A stretch of 39,625 bases of DNA from Candidatus Micrarchaeota archaeon (GTDB lineage: Archaea > Micrarchaeota > Micrarchaeia > Norongarragalinales > SBBD01): contig JAZDGU010000011.1 in assembly GCA_043806595.1 (NCBI GenBank), positions 1-39,625 on the forward strand, in the 5' to 3' direction. A program made the translations under genes and the position numbers. Under the pieces are notes generated by a model. That model was not told the origin of the DNA, searched no databases, and saw nothing but the letters and a program-made list of their open reading frames with translations. Of this stretch, positions 26,721-35,113 are shown one piece after another (positions within the stretch are counted from its first letter, which is position 1; each line of letters starts with the position of its first letter).

Positions 26721-27470
26721 TCAGCGTCCCGGCAACTCTAGGATTGGACGCGAAAACAATTCCTTCGAATACGCTCCATACGATTTTTTCACTTGTCTTA
26801 CTACTTCGAGAGCCAATTTGAAAGACTCCGGATTGCGTTTCCGATTTGCCTCAAGCTTTTTGAGAAACTCCAGCGGATGGTGCCTGAGAATGGCGGATGC
26901 GGAAGCGCATAGCTCGTGGCCGTTTTCATCCGGGTGTCCGATATCGGCGTTCCACGGTGAGTGTTCGTAGTTGCCTTCATCGAAGAGGGAAAAAACTGCA
27001 TGCTCGCTTGGAAATTTATTCGGCCGCGGGTTCCTTTTAATGCGCGCATGCAATGAATTCCATTCCGAAAGCAGTTCTGGCTGGGACTCCAGGAAACCGT
27101 GCACGGCTTCGTGGAAGGCAGTGACCTTGTGCGAAGTCTCTGTCCACGTGGCAATGGATGGATCCATTTCAAGTACTCGTCCGTATGGCTTGAGGACCGT
27201 ACGGGCGTGCAAAAGTGCCCAATCGCGAACGTCCAAGGACGTTATGTGCTGGGTCTCGTGCGTAAGCGGATAAAGCAACTTGACTTCTTGTGCTATCTGT
27301 TCGTACCTGTCGATATTTTCTAGGTGCTGCATACGGCTGAATTTCAAGCGTATTCCTTCAATGGTTATCTGATACGGCCCTTTTTGGCGTAAAGAAGATG
27401 GCGCCAGCGCTGAGGCGGCAAGTGCTCCTGCCACGCCCTTCATTATCCGTAAAAATTGCCTTCGGCGCAT
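26721..27470 (-). CDS. putative exported zincin-like metalloprotein with twin-arginine-like leader
   Basis: MRRRQFLR followed by hydrophobic GVAGALAASALAP; FHEAVH and downstream HELCA; visibly lower GC than the flanking genes. Confidence 0.6.
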   Translation of the reverse strand: MRRRQFLRIMKGVAGALAASALAPSSLRQKGPYQITIEGIRLKFSRMQHLENIDRYEQIAQEVKLLYPLTHETQHITSLDVRDWALLHARTVLKPYGRVLEMDPSIATWTETSHKVTAFHEAVHGFLESQPELLSEWNSLHARIKRNPRPNKFPSEHAVFSLFDEGNYEHSPWNADIGHPDENGHELCASASAILRHHPLEFLKKLEANRKRNPESFKLALEVVRQVKKSYGAYSKELFSRPILELPGR

Positions 27471-27515
27471 TGGATTATACTTCCCGTCGAGGCTCTTTAA
27501 TACTTTCGCAGCAGC

Positions 27516-27527
27516 AGAAAAAAAGAA
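27516..27527 (-). terminator. oligo-T terminator of the tRNA gene
   Basis: Minus strand TTCTTTTTTTCT directly after the discriminator base. Confidence 0.6.
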
Positions 27528-27774
27528 TGGGGCTAGGGGGATTCGAACCCCCATCCGCAGGTATCTCCTCGTGCTCCTCATTTTTTCAGAGCTCCAGGAA
27601 CTTCAAGTCATCGCGCCTTTGCGTCTGCCAAGGCGCTCATAATACCCTTATTGCCGAGTGCAACCCGGCGTCCTTCCCGCTTGCGCGGACGAAAGAACTG
27701 GAGCGTCAGCGGAGCGCGCTTTCCCGGAGGAAGGCGTTCCCCGCTACTGTTCTGCCAGGTTATACTATAGCCCC
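27528..27774 (-). tRNA. trnW: tRNA-Trp(CCA) with two introns (30/31: 27705-27743; 37/38: 27563-27697); CCA end not encoded
   Basis: Acceptor GGGGCTA/TAGCCCC-A; T arm GGGGG-TTCGAAT-CCCCC; spliced anticodon arm GTAGG-CTCCAGA-CCTGC; A15:U48. BHB central helices CAGT/GCTG and CTCC/GGAG with 3-nt bulges. Confidence 0.92.
27586..27643 (-). ncRNA. intron-encoded box C/D guide RNA in pre-tRNA-Trp
   Basis: C ATTATGA (27637-43), D' CAGA (27624-27), C' CGATGA (27608-13), D CTGA (27586-89). D guide CTGGAGC is complementary to G31-G37 and the N+5 rule hits C34. Confidence 0.8.
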
Positions 27775-27849
27775 GTGCGCAATAATGGCTCAACCAAGCA
27801 ATAAAAACCATTCGAGGCGTATTGGAGTGGCGCTTGTTGGTGTGCTGAA

Positions 27850-28530
27850 ATGGCTTTCATTGCGGGAGTGGACGAGGCGGGCCGTGGGCCGGTGCTCGGG
27901 CCGCTGGTAATCTGCGCGTTCGCCTGCCGCGAAGGCGAGGAGAAGACGCTGCGCGAGCTCGGCGCGAAGGACTCGAAGGCCCTGCAGCCGCCGGCGCGCG
28001 AGAAGGCCGCGGCGAAATTGAAGGGTTATCCGCATTCCATGGTGGAAATCTCCGCGGAGGAGATTACAGAGGCGATGCGCTCGAAGGTGAGCCTCAACGA
28101 GCTCGAGGCGAGGAAGGCCGCGGATGCGCTCGCGAAGCTCCAGAGGAAGCTCGGCGCCGAAAAGCTCGCCACAGTCTTCATCGACTCTCCCGACCCCAAT
28201 CCCCGGAAGTTCGAGCAGCGCATCAAGAAGTACTGGCACAAGCTCAGGCTGCCGGCCGGCGCGGCGGTAATCGCGGAGAACCACGCCGACTCGAAATACG
28301 CGGTCGTCGGAGCGGCATCCGTGATGGCCAAGAGCCTGCGCGAGAAGCGCGTCGGCGAACTGCACAAGGAGTTCGGTTTTTTCGGCTCGGGCTACCCCAG
28401 CGACGAGCGCACCATGGAGTTCCTCCGCAGGCACGTTGGCGACGGCAGGCTCAAGAGGCACATCCGGTGGGAATGGAGCACGCTGAACAAGATTTCCAAA
28501 ATCGACGTCAGGCTGAGCGACTTCACTTAG
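27850..28530 (+). CDS. rnhB: ribonuclease HII
   Basis: AGVDEAGRGPVLGPLV, GAKDSK, FIDS, ENHADSKY.VVGAAS..AK and GSGYPSD. Confidence 0.96.
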   Translation: MAFIAGVDEAGRGPVLGPLVICAFACREGEEKTLRELGAKDSKALQPPAREKAAAKLKGYPHSMVEISAEEITEAMRSKVSLNELEARKAADALAKLQRKLGAEKLATVFIDSPDPNPRKFEQRIKKYWHKLRLPAGAAVIAENHADSKYAVVGAASVMAKSLREKRVGELHKEFGFFGSGYPSDERTMEFLRRHVGDGRLKRHIRWEWSTLNKISKIDVRLSDFT

Positions 28531-30622
28531 GACCGCCGTCAGCCTGTTTGCCGCCCTCTAGGAAATCGAAATACGGCTGGCACCACTGCGAGAAGTACTG
28601 CGCAGGGTTCTTCACGGGAACGGGCAAATTCCGGCTCTTGGCCGGGGACGGGTTTCTTCCCTCGGGAAGCGAGAACAGCTCGTGCGAGTAGAACACCGCG
28701 CCCTCCTCCATCTGGTGGCCGAGGTGGGCCAGCAGGATTTCCTCGGCGCGCGCGTCGCCCAGCCGCTGCAGGACCTTGAACAGGTAATGCGAGTCCCTCG
28801 GCCAGCACACCGCGCCGTGGTACTCGCCGTCCCCGTAGAAAACTTTTCCGCCGGAGTCCCTCACCAGCACGCCGAAGAGCCTCTTGTCCCTATGGACTAA
28901 TGCGCCGGCCTTGGAATCGAGTATCGAGCGGGCCTCGGCTTCGGAGAAGAGGTCGGGCAGGAGCGCGAGCGCCTCGATGCACGTGGAAGCCTCCGCGAAG
29001 TCCCGCCTGCCCTGAATGTCCGCGATTCCGGCCATCCTTCCGCCGGCGAGGAATTTCCTCGTGAAGGATTCTTCCGCGCGCTCCGAAATCTCAGCAGCCT
29101 CGCGGACCCCCCGCAGGGCCAGCCCGCGCAGAACGAGCAGCCACATCGCGTTGACCTCGACAAGCGCAAATTTCGCCGTGTGCGCGGCTCTTGTTGCGTC
29201 CGCGGGAGCCATGTGCGAGTACTCGGCAAGCCATTCCCGCGGGATCCTCGATGGCGCGCTTGCGGTGCCGCCGCCTGCCGGGAACCCCGCCGTCGAGTCT
29301 ATCCACGAGTGCCTCGCCGGGGTGTACAGGAGGCCGTCCTCGCCGATCGCGCCTTCCGTTTTGCAAGCGGAGATGAACTTCGCGGACTCCTGCCGGAGCA
29401 GCTGCGCGAGCGCGGCATCCCTCTGCAGCGCGAGCAGGTCGAGCGCCGTGAGATAGCAGAGCAGGGTGGCGTCCGTGGCGGAGTAGTCCGGCTGCTGGGA
29501 GGAGCGTTCGGCCAGCTTGTTCGGCACCCTGCCTTCCTTCGAAAGCCGCAGCGCGCCGTAGGCCAGCCCGCGGAGCCCGCGCTTGCGCGTCTTGAAGTAT
29601 AGCGGCAGGTTGTTGCGCACGCCCTCGAAGGCGTCCCGGAACCAGGCGTTGCGGAACCACATGCTTCCCGCGTCCGGCGCGTCGATGGAAGGCGCGGAGA
29701 ATTCGAACTTGTCCAGCAGGCACAACAGCCTCCCGGCAATCGCCCTCTGCGCCGCCTTCCCCCATTTCGCGCCCGCCGAGTCCAGCTGTGCGGAGAACGG
29801 CTCGAGCAGCCTCGCGGCCCGCGCCCGCTCGCGCTTCTCGTCATGGTTCCGCAGCTCCACGGCCGGCTCGTGCGCCGGGTCACCGCAGGAAACCTGTATC
29901 CCGACCTCGCCGTTGAGCTCGGCGGTCAGCACGCCCGGTGCGTAAAGGCTCCTCGTCTCGCCGGAGAAGCGTATGCCGCCGTCGGTGTCCTCCCGGCTTC
30001 CGCTGCCCATCTTGTACCACCACTGCTGTACGGCCTGGGCAGAGGGCGCGAATCCCGTGAACGAAGGGCTTGCCACCAAGGCTTCCCTTCCGGAAGCGAG
30101 GACGCGGAGCCTGCTCTCCGAGAAATCGTGGGAATGCTCCTGCGGGTCGGAATGCGAGTACATGTGCCTTATGTCGAAGAACGGCTTGAGGAATAGGGCC
30201 GTATGCCTGGCGCCGGCCAGCCTGAATGCCACATTCAGCGACGGGAACCTGGGTTTGCGGAGGAGGTAGTATTCGACTTCGAGCGCCGCATGCGCGCCCA
30301 GGCCTTCCACGCGGTAGGAATATTCGGCCTTCCACGGGTAGATTTTGACGCCCGCCGCCTTGAGGCGCAGGGGCCTTGCCTGATACTCCAGCCGGAACGG
30401 CAGGGCGTCGAGGAACTTCCAGTTCTCCCCGCCGACAACTGCGGTCAGCCCCTCGAGGGGGTAGTCCCGGTTCGGCGTCGTGAAGCCGTCGGAATCCACG
30501 GAATGCACGCTCTGCATGAACTCGGCGTCCGGCCTTCGCAGGAGCGCCCTGCATGCCCTCGCGTAGCCCCAGTCGGGGTCCTCCTCCGGCATCTTGTGCT
30601 CGCAGACGGAGCCGACGTTCAA
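28523..30622 (-). CDS. amylo-alpha-1,6-glucosidase / glycogen debranching enzyme-like
   Basis: WFRDAF, GRVPN, DATL, WIDS, VEVNAMW, YHGAVCWP and HELF in the (alpha/alpha)6 domain. Start is TTG 30622 or ATG 30592. Confidence 0.8.
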   Translation of the reverse strand: MNVGSVCEHKMPEEDPDWGYARACRALLRRPDAEFMQSVHSVDSDGFTTPNRDYPLEGLTAVVGGENWKFLDALPFRLEYQARPLRLKAAGVKIYPWKAEYSYRVEGLGAHAALEVEYYLLRKPRFPSLNVAFRLAGARHTALFLKPFFDIRHMYSHSDPQEHSHDFSESRLRVLASGREALVASPSFTGFAPSAQAVQQWWYKMGSGSREDTDGGIRFSGETRSLYAPGVLTAELNGEVGIQVSCGDPAHEPAVELRNHDEKRERARAARLLEPFSAQLDSAGAKWGKAAQRAIAGRLLCLLDKFEFSAPSIDAPDAGSMWFRNAWFRDAFEGVRNNLPLYFKTRKRGLRGLAYGALRLSKEGRVPNKLAERSSQQPDYSATDATLLCYLTALDLLALQRDAALAQLLRQESAKFISACKTEGAIGEDGLLYTPARHSWIDSTAGFPAGGGTASAPSRIPREWLAEYSHMAPADATRAAHTAKFALVEVNAMWLLVLRGLALRGVREAAEISERAEESFTRKFLAGGRMAGIADIQGRRDFAEASTCIEALALLPDLFSEAEARSILDSKAGALVHRDKRLFGVLVRDSGGKVFYGDGEYHGAVCWPRDSHYLFKVLQRLGDARAEEILLAHLGHQMEEGAVFYSHELFSLPEGRNPSPAKSRNLPVPVKNPAQYFSQWCQPYFDFLEGGKQADGGPK

Positions 30623-30632
30623 GCGCCTGCAC

Positions 30633-30842
30633 CTATTTACGCGAGAACTTGAACAGCAGCGGCACGCTGCCCTGGATCGCGATCTTGTCCTCGCGGGCCA
30701 GCCAGCCGAGCGCGGCGTAGACCTCGGTGTCCGAGAGCTTGGTCTTGCGCTTTATCTGCACTATGGACAGCGGCCCGTGCTCGTGCAGGCACTGCCACAA
30801 TATCCCGGCCTTGACGCCGAAATACTCCTCCACGTTCGCCAT
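30633..30842 (-). CDS. small winged-helix protein (DUF2582-like)
   Basis: GVKAGILWQCL...ALGWLAREDKI signature; SD GAGGTGG. Confidence 0.85.
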   Translation of the reverse strand: MANVEEYFGVKAGILWQCLHEHGPLSIVQIKRKTKLSDTEVYAALGWLAREDKIAIQGSVPLLFKFSRK

Positions 30843-32372
30843 TCATCCCACCTCATTGCAGTAGTTCTCGATTGCCCTCTTGTATACCTCGAATACCTTG
30901 AACACGATGAAATTCCAGTCGAAAAACCTGGACTGCACGCGTTCTACCCCTCCCTTGGAGATGCGTGCGTGCAGCTCGTCGCTGGAGAGCGAGAGCTTCA
31001 GGATCTTCGCCAGCATATCCGGCCTCATGTCGAAGTTGTCCTCCTCCATGGGGACCTTGAAGCCGCTGACGCCGTTGCGGATGACGTCGGACATGCCCCC
31101 CGTGTCCCCGACGACGACGGTGGGGCCGTGCACGCCGTTGAGCTCGCACGCCATGTCGGCCGCGAGAGCCTCGAGGGTCACGATGCCGAACGGCTCGTAC
31201 AGGGATGGAAGCGCGATGACGTCCGCGGCGCATATCATCGACTTCTTCGTCTCCTCCTCGAGCCACCCGTTGTAGAGCGCGACGTCCTCCTCTATTCCGA
31301 GGGCCACGCACGAGGAGTAGTGCTTCTGGTATTCCGCCGGGGAGAGTGAGCTGCTGACCACGAGCCCGACGTTCACGTTCTCCCTGCGCACCAGCGACAT
31401 GGCGTTCAGCAGCGCGTCGATGCCCTTGCGGTATTCCGCGCGGCCGATGAAGAAGACATAGTGCGCCTTGCCGGGCAGCAGCTTCGAGAACAGCTTCTTC
31501 CCGGCGGCAATCTGCGAGAAAGTGACCTTCTTCCAGCTGTCCAGGATTATGCCGTTCGTGAGGCCCGCCGCCCTCCGAGTCACAAGCTCGAGGTCCTGCG
31601 CGGACTCGAAGAGGAGGAATTCCTCGTAGGCGTCCTCGCGCTCGTCCTGCTGCTTCTTCCAGTAGTGTCCGCGCTGCTGCTGGAGCTCGGCCTTCATCTG
31701 CTGCTTGAGCGGCAGCAGCTTGTAGACCTCGAACTTCGCGTCGCCGATGGACACGCCGGAGACGAAGTCGGCCTCCTGCAGCGCTGCGGCCTCGATGTGC
31801 AGGGGCGCGGAGTCAGGCTGCGGCCTGCCGAGCGCCCTGCCGAACTCGCCCGAGTGGAACCTGCAGTGCAGCGGTTTCTTGATTCTCTCGCGGGCGATGA
31901 ACCCCGCCGGGAATGCCAGCCAGTCCTGCGCGTCGATGAGCGCGATGTCCTCCTTCTTCGCGAGGTGCTCGGCGAATTTCGGCGCGGAGTCCCAGAACGA
32001 GTTCATCAGCCTATAGCACGGGTCGCCTGCGGAGCTCTCCGACTTGATGCGGTAGCGGTCCCAGAGTGTGAAGTGCAGCGCGTTCCTCTCCTCGTCGCCG
32101 AGCTCGTGCTCGAGGAAATGGCACCGTTCCCCTCCGCGCACGGCCCCGAACACCTTTATCCCGGTCTTGCGCGTGAACGCGGCGAACGACTTCTCCTCCT
32201 TGAGGTCGCCCTTGGGCGCCGACGGGTCCGAAAGCGACACCACAAGCGGCTCGAACTCGGTCTTCCCCGATTCGAACGCCTTCCTCCACGCGGGCAGCAG
32301 CTCGATCGAATACCTGTAGAGCCCGCCGACGGGCCTCTGCAGTTCGGTGACGAAGAACAGGACCTTGCTCAT
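30843..32372 (-). CDS. GT-B glycosyltransferase family 4 (glycogen synthase-like)
   Basis: VGGLYRY, DAQDWL, HSGEFGR, FIGRAEYRKG and LPSLYEPFGIVTLEA; ATG 32372 overlaps the GH57 stop (ATGA). Confidence 0.88.
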   Translation of the reverse strand: MSKVLFFVTELQRPVGGLYRYSIELLPAWRKAFESGKTEFEPLVVSLSDPSAPKGDLKEEKSFAAFTRKTGIKVFGAVRGGERCHFLEHELGDEERNALHFTLWDRYRIKSESSAGDPCYRLMNSFWDSAPKFAEHLAKKEDIALIDAQDWLAFPAGFIARERIKKPLHCRFHSGEFGRALGRPQPDSAPLHIEAAALQEADFVSGVSIGDAKFEVYKLLPLKQQMKAELQQQRGHYWKKQQDEREDAYEEFLLFESAQDLELVTRRAAGLTNGIILDSWKKVTFSQIAAGKKLFSKLLPGKAHYVFFIGRAEYRKGIDALLNAMSLVRRENVNVGLVVSSSLSPAEYQKHYSSCVALGIEEDVALYNGWLEEETKKSMICAADVIALPSLYEPFGIVTLEALAADMACELNGVHGPTVVVGDTGGMSDVIRNGVSGFKVPMEEDNFDMRPDMLAKILKLSLSSDELHARISKGGVERVQSRFFDWNFIVFKVFEVYKRAIENYCNEVG

Positions 32373-33667
32373 GGCACTCCCACCCCCTTCTCGAATAGCT
32401 CGACCTTCTCCTTCAACGCCTGCATCCTCACGCCGGCCCCGTGCGCCGCCCTCTGCCTCGACGCCTCGCCCGCGCGCTCCTGCACCAGCGAGCGGAAGTC
32501 CCGCAGGACGTTCATGTAGTTTATGAAGTTGTCGTACGGTCCCTTGTCCTTGTACGGCGAGAAGTGCTTGTGCACGTCGCCGTCCGCCCAGTTCTTCGTG
32601 CAGAGGTAGTACAGGTGGTCCGAGGTCTGCAGCAGCCCGTAGGCGTCCTGCAGCTCGCCGTCCGGCACGCCGCGGATTTCCTTCGACAGCGCCTCCAGCT
32701 CCCCGAAGCACGCCTGCTGTATGGGGTTGCCCAGCCATGCGCTTGCGTCGCGCTCGAGGTCCGCCCAGCTGAGCACCGACGGCACATCGATTTCGCCCAC
32801 TGCTTCGTTCCCTTCCAGCACCTCCCCGACCGTCGCAAACGAGAGGTTCCCGTGTTTGAGCGCTTCCCCGGGGAGGTGGCGGAGGAACTCGTGGATTCCG
32901 GTGCCCTCCCAGTGGTGCTCCCCGAAAGTCTCGTAGTCCATGAATATGTTCGCCGTCGGGCCGTCGCATGCCGCGAGCCAGTTGGCGTACTTGTCGGCGG
33001 TGAGCGGCCATCCCGGCCACCAGCGCGCGCCGAAACGGTAGCCGACGTCGTCGCTGAGCTTGTAGTTGCGCAACAGCACCTTCAGCCGCGGCGAGAACCT
33101 CGCCCGGTATACGTAGTTCGGCGAGCGCCAGCCGAGCACCCACTCGATGCCTTCCGTCAGCATGCCCTTGAAGCCCATCCCGGAGACCGCCTCGGCGATG
33201 CGGTTGCTGTAGAGCAGTTCCGTGTTCCGAAACACCTTCGGCGTCTGGCGGAACTCGTCCCGGATCAGCTCGGTGTGCGCGCGCACCTGCCTCTCGAACT
33301 CCCAGCTGTCCTCATATATGGAGGCGAGGCTGTGGTAGTACGTCTCGTCGAGGAACTCCACGCACCCCGTCGACGCCAGCCTGCGGAAGGAATCCAGAGT
33401 CTCCGGGGAGTATCTGCGCGCCTGCTCGAGGAACGTGCCGGTGATGCTGTACGATATGCGGAACCTCTTGCCATTCTCCTCTATCAGCCGCAGCAGGAGC
33501 GCGTTCGTCGGCAGATAGCATTTCTGCGCGGCCTTCACGAAATAATGGCTGTTGAGCCCGTCGTCGAAATAGCGCTCGCGCAGGGACGGCGGCTTGTGCG
33601 AGAATATGGAGAACTTCCTGAGCCTCGTCGGCTGGTGCACGTGGAAATATAGGCAGATTGCCGGCAT
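32369..33667 (-). CDS. glycoside hydrolase family 57 (alpha-amylase-like)
   Basis: YFHVHQP, ETYYHSL, FRNTEL (nucleophile), LSDDVGYRF, FMDYETFGEH (acid/base), SWAD.ERD and LQTSDH.YY. Confidence 0.93.
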   Translation of the reverse strand: MPAICLYFHVHQPTRLRKFSIFSHKPPSLRERYFDDGLNSHYFVKAAQKCYLPTNALLLRLIEENGKRFRISYSITGTFLEQARRYSPETLDSFRRLASTGCVEFLDETYYHSLASIYEDSWEFERQVRAHTELIRDEFRQTPKVFRNTELLYSNRIAEAVSGMGFKGMLTEGIEWVLGWRSPNYVYRARFSPRLKVLLRNYKLSDDVGYRFGARWWPGWPLTADKYANWLAACDGPTANIFMDYETFGEHHWEGTGIHEFLRHLPGEALKHGNLSFATVGEVLEGNEAVGEIDVPSVLSWADLERDASAWLGNPIQQACFGELEALSKEIRGVPDGELQDAYGLLQTSDHLYYLCTKNWADGDVHKHFSPYKDKGPYDNFINYMNVLRDFRSLVQERAGEASRQRAAHGAGVRMQALKEKVELFEKGVGVP

Positions 33668-34897
33668 CTATCTTCTCCCCCTGCCCATCGCGTTGTTGTA
33701 CGCCTGCATCGTCTCGCCCGCGGCCTTCTGCCAGCTGAACTCCGCCGCCTCCTGCGCGCTGTGAAGGGACATCATCCCCTTCAGCTGCGGGTACCTGAGA
33801 ACGGCGATTATCTGCTGCGCCATCTCATCAACGTCCCAGAAGTCGGCCTTCAGCGCGTGCTTCAGCCTCTCGCCGACTCCGGCGGACTTGCTCACGATGA
33901 CGGGCACGCCGCTCGCCATCGCCTCGAGCACGCTTATCCCGAACGGTTCGCTTACCGACGGCAGCACGTAGACGTCCGCGGAGGCATAGAGCGAGGCGAG
34001 CTCGTCCTCGGGGACGAACCCCGTGAACGTCACGTTCCCCATGATCCCGAGCGCGAACGTCTCGTCGATGAGCTGCTGCATCATGCCTCCCTTGCCGCCG
34101 ACGACGAACTGCACGTCCGGCTCGACCTCGAGCACGCGCCTCGCGGCCTTCAGGAAGAAGTCGGGGCCTTTCTGGATGCTCAGCCTGCCGTGGAAGAGCA
34201 CCACCTTCCTGCCGAACGACGCGGGCTTGCGGTGCGGCGCCTTGAACTGCAGGGGGTCGACGCCGTTGTAGACGACGGATAGCCTGTCCGGGTCCGCGGA
34301 GAACCGCTCGAGAAGCTGGCTGCGCATCATGTTGCTGACCGTGATCACCGCGTCCGACTTTTGCACCGCCTCCCGTTCGATTTGCACGATCCAATCCATC
34401 GGGGAAAGGTTGGCGGTGCGGTCGAATTCCGTGCTATGGATTGTCACGACCCCCGGCCTGCCGGTGCGCGCAGCAGCCTCCAACCCCGCCTTCGTGGCAA
34501 GCCAGTCGTGGAAATGTATGACGTCGTAGCCGCGTTCCGCGTGGTTGATTTCCACGAGCCTCGCAGCGAGTACGTTGTACTTGGCGACCTCCTGGAAGAA
34601 GTTCGTGCCGTAGTTCTCGCCCAGCGGCTGGGCGCCAAGTTTCGTCGTAATCCTGTACGCGGACGAAGGGTAGGGCCCCGGAAGCAGGAATTTCTCCAAG
34701 CCCTTGAACGAGTCGAAGTCCACGGGAAGCACGCGGACGTTCGCTGCCGGGGAGGTCGGCGCGCTCGCGGTCCTCGGCATGTAGAAGTCGATTTCCGCGC
34801 CCCGCATGGAAAGCGCTTTCGTCAACTCGTAGCAATGGACGCCCAGCCCCCCGGACACTGCAGGCGGAAACTCCCAACCCAACATCGCAATCCGCAC
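33668..34897 (-). CDS. GT4 glycosyltransferase (glycogen/starch synthase-like)
   Basis: MLGWEFPP..SGGLG, HFHDWL, IHSTEFDR, VYNGVD, QKGP and PSVSEPFGISVLEAM; GTG start at 34897. Confidence 0.92.
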   Translation of the reverse strand: MRIAMLGWEFPPAVSGGLGVHCYELTKALSMRGAEIDFYMPRTASAPTSPAANVRVLPVDFDSFKGLEKFLLPGPYPSSAYRITTKLGAQPLGENYGTNFFQEVAKYNVLAARLVEINHAERGYDVIHFHDWLATKAGLEAAARTGRPGVVTIHSTEFDRTANLSPMDWIVQIEREAVQKSDAVITVSNMMRSQLLERFSADPDRLSVVYNGVDPLQFKAPHRKPASFGRKVVLFHGRLSIQKGPDFFLKAARRVLEVEPDVQFVVGGKGGMMQQLIDETFALGIMGNVTFTGFVPEDELASLYASADVYVLPSVSEPFGISVLEAMASGVPVIVSKSAGVGERLKHALKADFWDVDEMAQQIIAVLRYPQLKGMMSLHSAQEAAEFSWQKAAGETMQAYNNAMGRGRR

Positions 34898-35021
34898 ATC
34901 CTTCACTTTTTTCCGTTTAGGAAATGCCCGGATTTCAAAATACCGGCCGGAAACGCCGCGGTTCGGCAAAAAGAGCCCATTTCGCCGCAGATTCTCCGAT
35001 TTACCGCATTAGGATTAGATA

Positions 35022-35053
35022 GCCGGAGGATATATTTAATACTATCTTCCGGC
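35022..35053. promoter_or_regulatory. inverted repeat enclosing the TATA box upstream of the glycogen operon
   Basis: GCCGGAGGATA-N10-TATCTTCCGGC (10/11 match); minus-strand TTAAATATA lies within it. Confidence 0.45.
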
Positions 35054-35113
35054 GGTCTGAGGGCGGACTCGGCCATTAGTCACATGCTGCAGAGTGGCGG
35101 TTTCCTGCCGAAC

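Noticed and set aside
26697..26730. attR copy of the tRNA-Trp 3' end bounding the low-GC gene
   Set aside because: No repeat of the T arm or acceptor sequence is visible, and there is no integrase.
27398..27910. ORFs spanning the tRNA locus (27398-27910 +, 27608-27811 -, and the extension of 26721-27581)
   Set aside because: They overlap the tRNA-Trp gene and introns and are spurious.
32373..33143. 257-aa N-terminal extension of the 30843-33143 ORF
   Set aside because: It is an out-of-frame overlap with GH57 and is R/G/A-rich noise. The real GT4 start is ATG 32372, with an SD and ATGA coupling.
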